DNA of 64,000 nucleotides from Oxalobacter sp. (GTDB lineage Bacteria; Pseudomonadota; Gammaproteobacteria; Burkholderiales; Burkholderiaceae_D): NCBI GenBank assembly GCA_003605115.1, contig QZKY01000016.1, positions 109,776 to 173,775 of the forward strand, read 5' to 3'. Shown piece by piece: positions 59,003 to 64,000 of this stretch (position 1 is its first letter; each line of letters starts with the position of its first letter). The notes under the pieces were generated by a model. It saw only the letters and a program-made list of their open reading frames with translations, ran no database searches and was not told where the DNA came from. The position numbers and the translations under genes were made by a program.

Positions 59003-60703
59003 ATGAAAGCGATGAGGCAACATCCTGGTGTAATAAAAATAATGTTGTTGCTCATTTCATCAACCTTGATCGCGTGCGCCAGTCCGCAGGATCAGGTCGC
59101 CGAGGCGGCGCTCACCGGCGATGCGGCAGCGCTGGAGTCTCTGCTGGTGGAAGGAAAAAGCCAGATCAACACACCGGTCAGGATAGACACCAAAAAATTC
59201 CGTTGTTACGGACAGCGAATGCTGACGCCGCTCCAGGCCGCCGCCTGTGTGGGACGCGAGCAAAGCGTGACGCGGCTTATTCGGGCAAAAGCCAGCCTTG
59301 ACCTCCCCACGCCCAATGGACAAACGGCGTTGTCGCTCGCCGTCAGCAATGATCATGCGCGCGTTGCACAAGTTTTGCTGGAAGCAGGGGCGCGCCCGGA
59401 TCACCAGGATGCCTATGGCAACACTGCGCTTATGGCGGCGGTGAAAAAAGACAATCGCGAAATGGTCGACCTGCTGCTCAAGCATGGCGCATCGGTTGAT
59501 CTTAAAAATCGATCAGGCAATACCGCGCTGATGGTTTGCGCAGATGCGGCCATTGCGGCCAAGCTTGTCGGGCTGGGTGCAAGGCTTGACGAAGCGAATC
59601 AAAGCGGCGAAACGGCACTGCATGCGGCGGCTCAGGATGGGAATGTGGAAATGATCCAGTTTTTGCTGGAACGTGGCGCGCATCCCGGGTTAAAAGACAC
59701 CAAAGGCATGACGGCGCTGATGAAGGCGCGCGCCAAAGGGCGGGACGACGCGGTGGTGCCACTGGAGCGCGCCTCACGGAAATTGTTTGAACAAGCCTTG
59801 GCTGCAGCGGATAGCGCGGCACGACAAAAGAAATTCGACAAAGCCATGTTGCTTTACGCAGCGGCCTTGGAAAAAGCAGGCGATCTGGGCGGTGATACGG
59901 AGAAAAAACTTCGTCTCAAAATCATTCACTATGCCAAAAGTGCTGGCCGTCATAAAGCCTTGCCGGAAAAGGCACGCGAACATATGGTGCGCAGTTCGTA
60001 CATGTTGAAGCAGGGCTCAGACATTCCCGGCGTTGAGCGGGAAATGCGCGAAGTGGTGCGCATCGCGCCATGGTGGGTAGAAGGATATTACAACCTTGGC
60101 TTTGTGCAGGCAAGCTTGAACATGTTCGACGAAGCGATCAGTAATTTGAAAATTTTCATCGATGCCTCGCCGCGTGATGCGAAAGCACAAACGGCGCAAA
60201 ACAAAATTTATGAAATCAAGCTCACCAAGGAAGAACATGACAGGGTCGCGGGCATGCAGGGACAATGGGTGGATGCTTCGGGAAACCGCTATCAGCTTAC
60301 CGTCAGTGGAAGCCAAATTGCTGTGATGGGCAGCGGAAAATTCTTCAAGCTGAAAAATACAAATCGCATGCTGGATGGATCGGTGGAAGGGCAATCGTAC
60401 AGGGGCTCTTATGGCTGTCAGGTGCCAGGACAGGTGCATCCGGTGCAGGGAACCATTGACGCGAATGCACAGCACATGACGCTGGAATACATGTGGACGC
60501 GCTACGAAACCCGATACCATTGCGTAAACATGATGGGAGTCCGGTCAACATGTTGCCTGCTCTGCGACAAAGTGTGCGATTCCGTCAATATTGTGGGCAC
60601 GAGTTCTGTCACGCTGCATTTGACGCGTGGCGCTGCCACGAGTACGTCAACGAATACGCCGACGAGTAGACCCATGATGCGCCGAGGTAGGACGGTGCCA
60701 TGA
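59003..60703 (+). CDS. Ankyrin-repeat/TPR lipoprotein with Cys-rich C-terminal domain
   Basis: AAGGAG RBS, LIAC lipobox, repeated G.TAL..A ankyrin units, a TPR-like APWWVEGYYNLG and C-terminal CCLLCDKVC. Confidence 0.82.
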   Translation: MKAMRQHPGVIKIMLLLISSTLIACASPQDQVAEAALTGDAAALESLLVEGKSQINTPVRIDTKKFRCYGQRMLTPLQAAACVGREQSVTRLIRAKASLDLPTPNGQTALSLAVSNDHARVAQVLLEAGARPDHQDAYGNTALMAAVKKDNREMVDLLLKHGASVDLKNRSGNTALMVCADAAIAAKLVGLGARLDEANQSGETALHAAAQDGNVEMIQFLLERGAHPGLKDTKGMTALMKARAKGRDDAVVPLERASRKLFEQALAAADSAARQKKFDKAMLLYAAALEKAGDLGGDTEKKLRLKIIHYAKSAGRHKALPEKAREHMVRSSYMLKQGSDIPGVEREMREVVRIAPWWVEGYYNLGFVQASLNMFDEAISNLKIFIDASPRDAKAQTAQNKIYEIKLTKEEHDRVAGMQGQWVDASGNRYQLTVSGSQIAVMGSGKFFKLKNTNRMLDGSVEGQSYRGSYGCQVPGQVHPVQGTIDANAQHMTLEYMWTRYETRYHCVNMMGVRSTCCLLCDKVCDSVNIVGTSSVTLHLTRGAATSTSTNTPTSRPMMRRGRTVP

Positions 60704-61722
60704 AAAAAACCATACCCACGAAAAGCGGAGGGCTGTCTGCATCGTGCTTTGCCGTGATGTGTATTTGCTTGTCCCTTTCCTTTGATGCGCAAGCACAAAG
60801 GGCGCAGATCAACTGTGAAGGCACGATTGCATCCTGGCAGAGCGACATTCGTATGCGGGACTACATGCGCACACATGATTGCGATTGCCGAAACGGGCAT
60901 AACAGTTCACCTGTCTGCACCAGACGATCCACGGGAAAAAGCCAGTCCAACCGTGCGCCAGCACCCACCTATAGTACAACCAGGAAAAAAAAGAGCACGT
61001 CCTTGTCCACACAAAAAATGATGCTCAATGAAATGCAAAAAACCATCGACAATATGAATAAAGTCGACCCGCGCGTTGAGGCGCAACGACGCAAGGAAGC
61101 AGCAGAGAATGCGCGCCGTCTCGGTGAGGCGCATAAGGCAGATGAGCGGTCGGAAGAGGCGCGGAGACAACTCGCGCGGCACCGTCAGATGGCGACGCAG
61201 AAAGCCAGCGCGCAAGAACTCTCTCGGGAATTGCAAGGCTTGCCAACGACGCAGACTGCCCCCGGGTTGCTTGAAGCGCCTGCGGGTTCTAGCACGTCGC
61301 GCAATACAAATGCGGGCAGTCAATTAAGAAGCACGCTTTTTCATAGCGAGCGCGCAGCGCAATCCGGTTCCCTGGAAGACGCGAGAGGAGAAGCCGGGAT
61401 GGGGTTTGATACGCCGGGAAAAAATGTGGGACGACTCAAGCCGATTCAAAAACCAGCCAATAGTGAAAATATCTCGCCTGAAAAGATGACCCCAAAGGTC
61501 AAGCAGTGGGTTCAGGATAGAGAGTCCAACAGGAATAAAAAGAAAGAATTGGAAGAGAAGCTGGAGAAGCTCAAGTCAAAACCAAAACTTGAGCCAAATG
61601 AAACCGTGGAAGTGGTGAAGTTGCAGCAAGAAATTTCGACAGCGCAAAACAAGGAAAATTATTACAATTTTTCGATCAATGAGGAATTGTCCAAGCCGGC
61701 AACGACCGGGAAAAACGAGTAA
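60700..61722 (+). CDS. Exported hypothetical protein (Cys-rich N-domain plus coiled coils)
   Basis: ATGA overlap with the upstream gene, signal peptide (AQA) and four Cys in the mature N-terminus. Confidence 0.75.
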   Translation: MKKTIPTKSGGLSASCFAVMCICLSLSFDAQAQRAQINCEGTIASWQSDIRMRDYMRTHDCDCRNGHNSSPVCTRRSTGKSQSNRAPAPTYSTTRKKKSTSLSTQKMMLNEMQKTIDNMNKVDPRVEAQRRKEAAENARRLGEAHKADERSEEARRQLARHRQMATQKASAQELSRELQGLPTTQTAPGLLEAPAGSSTSRNTNAGSQLRSTLFHSERAAQSGSLEDARGEAGMGFDTPGKNVGRLKPIQKPANSENISPEKMTPKVKQWVQDRESNRNKKKELEEKLEKLKSKPKLEPNETVEVVKLQQEISTAQNKENYYNFSINEELSKPATTGKNE

Positions 61723-61728
61723 GCAGAA

Positions 61729-62769
61729 ATGAGCAAACGATTCGATATGAAAAAAATGATGGTGGCGGCGTGGCGGCTGTTTTTGTTGGGGTTGATTCTG
61801 GCAAGCCCCATCGCAGGCTATGCACAAGAAGAGAATCCAGAAAGGCAGCTTGAACGACGGCGTGTGCGCATCGAAGCGGATCGCAGGGCGCTGAACGCCG
61901 ATTGCAGCCATACGCCAGCCAGTGATGTGGCGAAAATGAGCGATTGCAAGGCAAGGCATGATGACATCATGCGTCGGATTGCCGAGTACAAGGCAGATCT
62001 GGACAAGCTGAAATCAAGAGAAAAAGCAGAAAAGTGCCGAGAACTCTCAGAAAAAATCGCGCGTTTTGAGAGGGGCTTGCGGCGTATTGCGGACGTGATG
62101 GAGAAAAACGACCGGTTCCTCAAGGACGCGCAAGAGAGCAAAAACCAGGCAAAGACCGACATGGCTGGCTTGGCAGGGGAATTGGCAGGCGCAAAGGCGG
62201 CTGAACTTTTGCAAAACAGATTGAACGCTTTTTTGAAAGCGAAAGAAAACTTGCAAGCCATGAAGAAGGGTTTGGATGAAGCAGAAAAACTTCTCGCGCT
62301 TAAAAAAAATAGTCGCAAGCTGACAAAAAAGCAGATTACCCAGGCCAGAAAGTGGCTCAACAATGGAATGAAATACGGTGAGGAAGTGGCCGATCTTGCT
62401 GCGATGGGCGTGCAATACTATAAAGCGCCGGGAAGCGGTGCATCACCTTCTGCCGCTTATTCTGAAAAGCTGATGCGTGCGCTCAAGAATTTTAATCAGC
62501 ATTTCATGAACGACGCCGGTGGATGGGAGTTTGCCGGTGAGCACCTTTCAGAATATGTTGGCGGTCCGCTAGGCAAACTAGCATTCAAAACGACTGTGGT
62601 GGGCATCAAGACGCAGGTTGCAACCGCCAGTTATCTCATCAGCGATGCTGAAATGGGTGAGTTGAATTACAACCAGGGGAAAATGCGTGTAGAGCAACTC
62701 AAGCTTGAGCGCAGGATCAACGATCTTAAAAGCACCCACTCCGCCAATCAGTGTAATCGCTATCAGTAA
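61729..62769 (+). CDS. Exported hypothetical coiled-coil protein
   Basis: Signal peptide (GYA-Q), long amphipathic helices and four Cys. Confidence 0.78.
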   Translation: MSKRFDMKKMMVAAWRLFLLGLILASPIAGYAQEENPERQLERRRVRIEADRRALNADCSHTPASDVAKMSDCKARHDDIMRRIAEYKADLDKLKSREKAEKCRELSEKIARFERGLRRIADVMEKNDRFLKDAQESKNQAKTDMAGLAGELAGAKAAELLQNRLNAFLKAKENLQAMKKGLDEAEKLLALKKNSRKLTKKQITQARKWLNNGMKYGEEVADLAAMGVQYYKAPGSGASPSAAYSEKLMRALKNFNQHFMNDAGGWEFAGEHLSEYVGGPLGKLAFKTTVVGIKTQVATASYLISDAEMGELNYNQGKMRVEQLKLERRINDLKSTHSANQCNRYQ

Positions 62770-63093
62770 TTACTGCGGGCGATTCGTCAAAAATCACAGG
62801 GTAAGTTTGTCACAGCTTGTCGGCACGCAATCTTGCGTGTCAGCAAGGCGAAAGATACATGCCTGGAAAAAACGCGTCCGCTAAGCGAGATCCATTTGAG
62901 GTATGTCAGATTGGCGAGCGGCGATCCTGCATATAAATAAAGCGGAGCGAAGCCATTTTTCTTGCCATCGGGGGAAGCCCAAAAGGTATTACCTCGACGA
63001 AGTGAATTGGATTTTTAAGATATCACTAACTTACACGCAGGGGTACATATGTTCTCTAAACATGCCGAAAGCCAAGGACGAAGGAGAATGCTT

Positions 63094-63642
63094 ATGATGC
63101 TGCCATTGCAAATCACGACCCATGATGTCCCTTGCACGGATTTTCTGAAGCAGTATATTCAAGGCAGATTCGACAAGCTTCAGCAGTTTTGCTCCAGCCT
63201 GGTCAGCTGCCGGGTGGATATTGACATGCCGCACATGCACAAGTATTCAGGGCGACTCATCAATGTGAGTGTGAGCATGCTTGTGCCGGAAGGCACAATG
63301 ACGGTTAATCGCCATGCGAGCGACGATGTTTATGCTGCGGTTCGGGATGCCTTTGAGGCGGCAAGCGACAGACTAGAGGATCGCTTGCGGCAAAAGGAAA
63401 GTCTGGGGAAATCAAATGATGATCTGATGCAAGGACGCGTTGGCCGCATATTTGAATATGACGGGTATGGGTTTATCGAAACCCAGGATGGGCGTGAGTA
63501 TTTTTTCTCGCGGGACAGCGTTACCGATTCCGGCGGTTTCAGCAAAATTAAACGTGGCACGGAAGTGCAATTTCTTGATGGCGCCGGGGTTGACGGATTT
63601 CAGGCGCGTCGCGTCAGTTCAAGCACAGTTCATGCAATGTGA
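63094..63642 (+). CDS. HPF/RaiA-family ribosome-associated protein fused to a cold-shock domain
   Basis: PLQIT..DVYAAVRDAF plus GYGFIET..YFFSRDSV; AGGAG RBS. Confidence 0.88.
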   Translation: MMLPLQITTHDVPCTDFLKQYIQGRFDKLQQFCSSLVSCRVDIDMPHMHKYSGRLINVSVSMLVPEGTMTVNRHASDDVYAAVRDAFEAASDRLEDRLRQKESLGKSNDDLMQGRVGRIFEYDGYGFIETQDGREYFFSRDSVTDSGGFSKIKRGTEVQFLDGAGVDGFQARRVSSSTVHAM

Positions 63643-63756
63643 TGGCGCTGCGTTGTATGGTGAGTGGGCATCGACATGTTCGGGTGCACCATGCCCGCTG
63701 TGACGCAGGCATGGTGCGCGGTATAGAGCACACCGCTTGAAGGCGCTCTTCCCGTA

Positions 63757-64000
63757 TTAAAATTGTTCCCATTCCTCGCCTTGCGCCCCAGCCAAGGCTA
63801 TTGCAGGTCGACGCGGGGTTTCAAATGTCGCAGCGGTAACTTTTTCAGCAGTGCGGATGCTTGTCGATTTTTCGGGCAAGGATTTTGTGGAAGGTGCAGG
63901 AACCGTTGGCGCAGAGAGGCTTACCGCGTCGCCCGTATGGAAACGACTCACCACTTGCACAAGGCTGTTGGCCTGATTTTGCAATGATTCCGCTGCGGCG
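63757..64000 (-). CDS. Methyl-accepting chemotaxis protein, C-terminal end (truncated by window end)
   Basis: AAAESLQNQANSLVQVVSRF and terminal pentapeptide EWEQF (NWETF-like CheR tether). Confidence 0.9.
   Translation of the reverse strand, partial: AAAESLQNQANSLVQVVSRFHTGDAVSLSAPTVPAPSTKSLPEKSTSIRTAEKVTAATFETPRRPAIALAGAQGEEWEQF

Overview
Chromosomal window from a betaproteobacterium, probably Burkholderiales/Oxalobacteraceae-like; this is inferred from gene order and protein style, not from a search. The housekeeping backbone is recN-hemH-grpE-dnaK-dnaJ, panB-folK-pcnB-hda-purM, tRNA-Arg(CCG)-amiC-tsaE-queG-ogt-xerD, plsY, glnS and ETF-QO. An approximately 20 kb accessory block sits between purM and tRNA-Arg. 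It holds (i) an AT-rich Mrr-type restriction gene bracketed by two ~215-bp structured inverted repeats that show compensatory base changes and are flanked by a 6-bp direct repeat, with no transposase in the window; and (ii) a formate/CO2 redox module: gamma-carbonic anhydrase, an unusual NADPH-type Fe-S flavoprotein, two HydN paralogs, Cys-type FdhF, an aldehyde dehydrogenase, TupABC, ModABC, FdsR-like and ModE regulators, FdhD and MoaA. A dispersed GGGTC..GACCC hairpin repeat family occurs at least 7 times. In one place its two arms form a perfect 22-bp inverted repeat around ~950 bp of cargo. The right third carries signalling genes (GGDEF/EAL, HDOD, a soluble tandem-Cache-CheW protein, an MCP end) and a three-gene operon of uncharacterised exported proteins. 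All calls are by eye from the sequence and the ORF track; no database searches were run.
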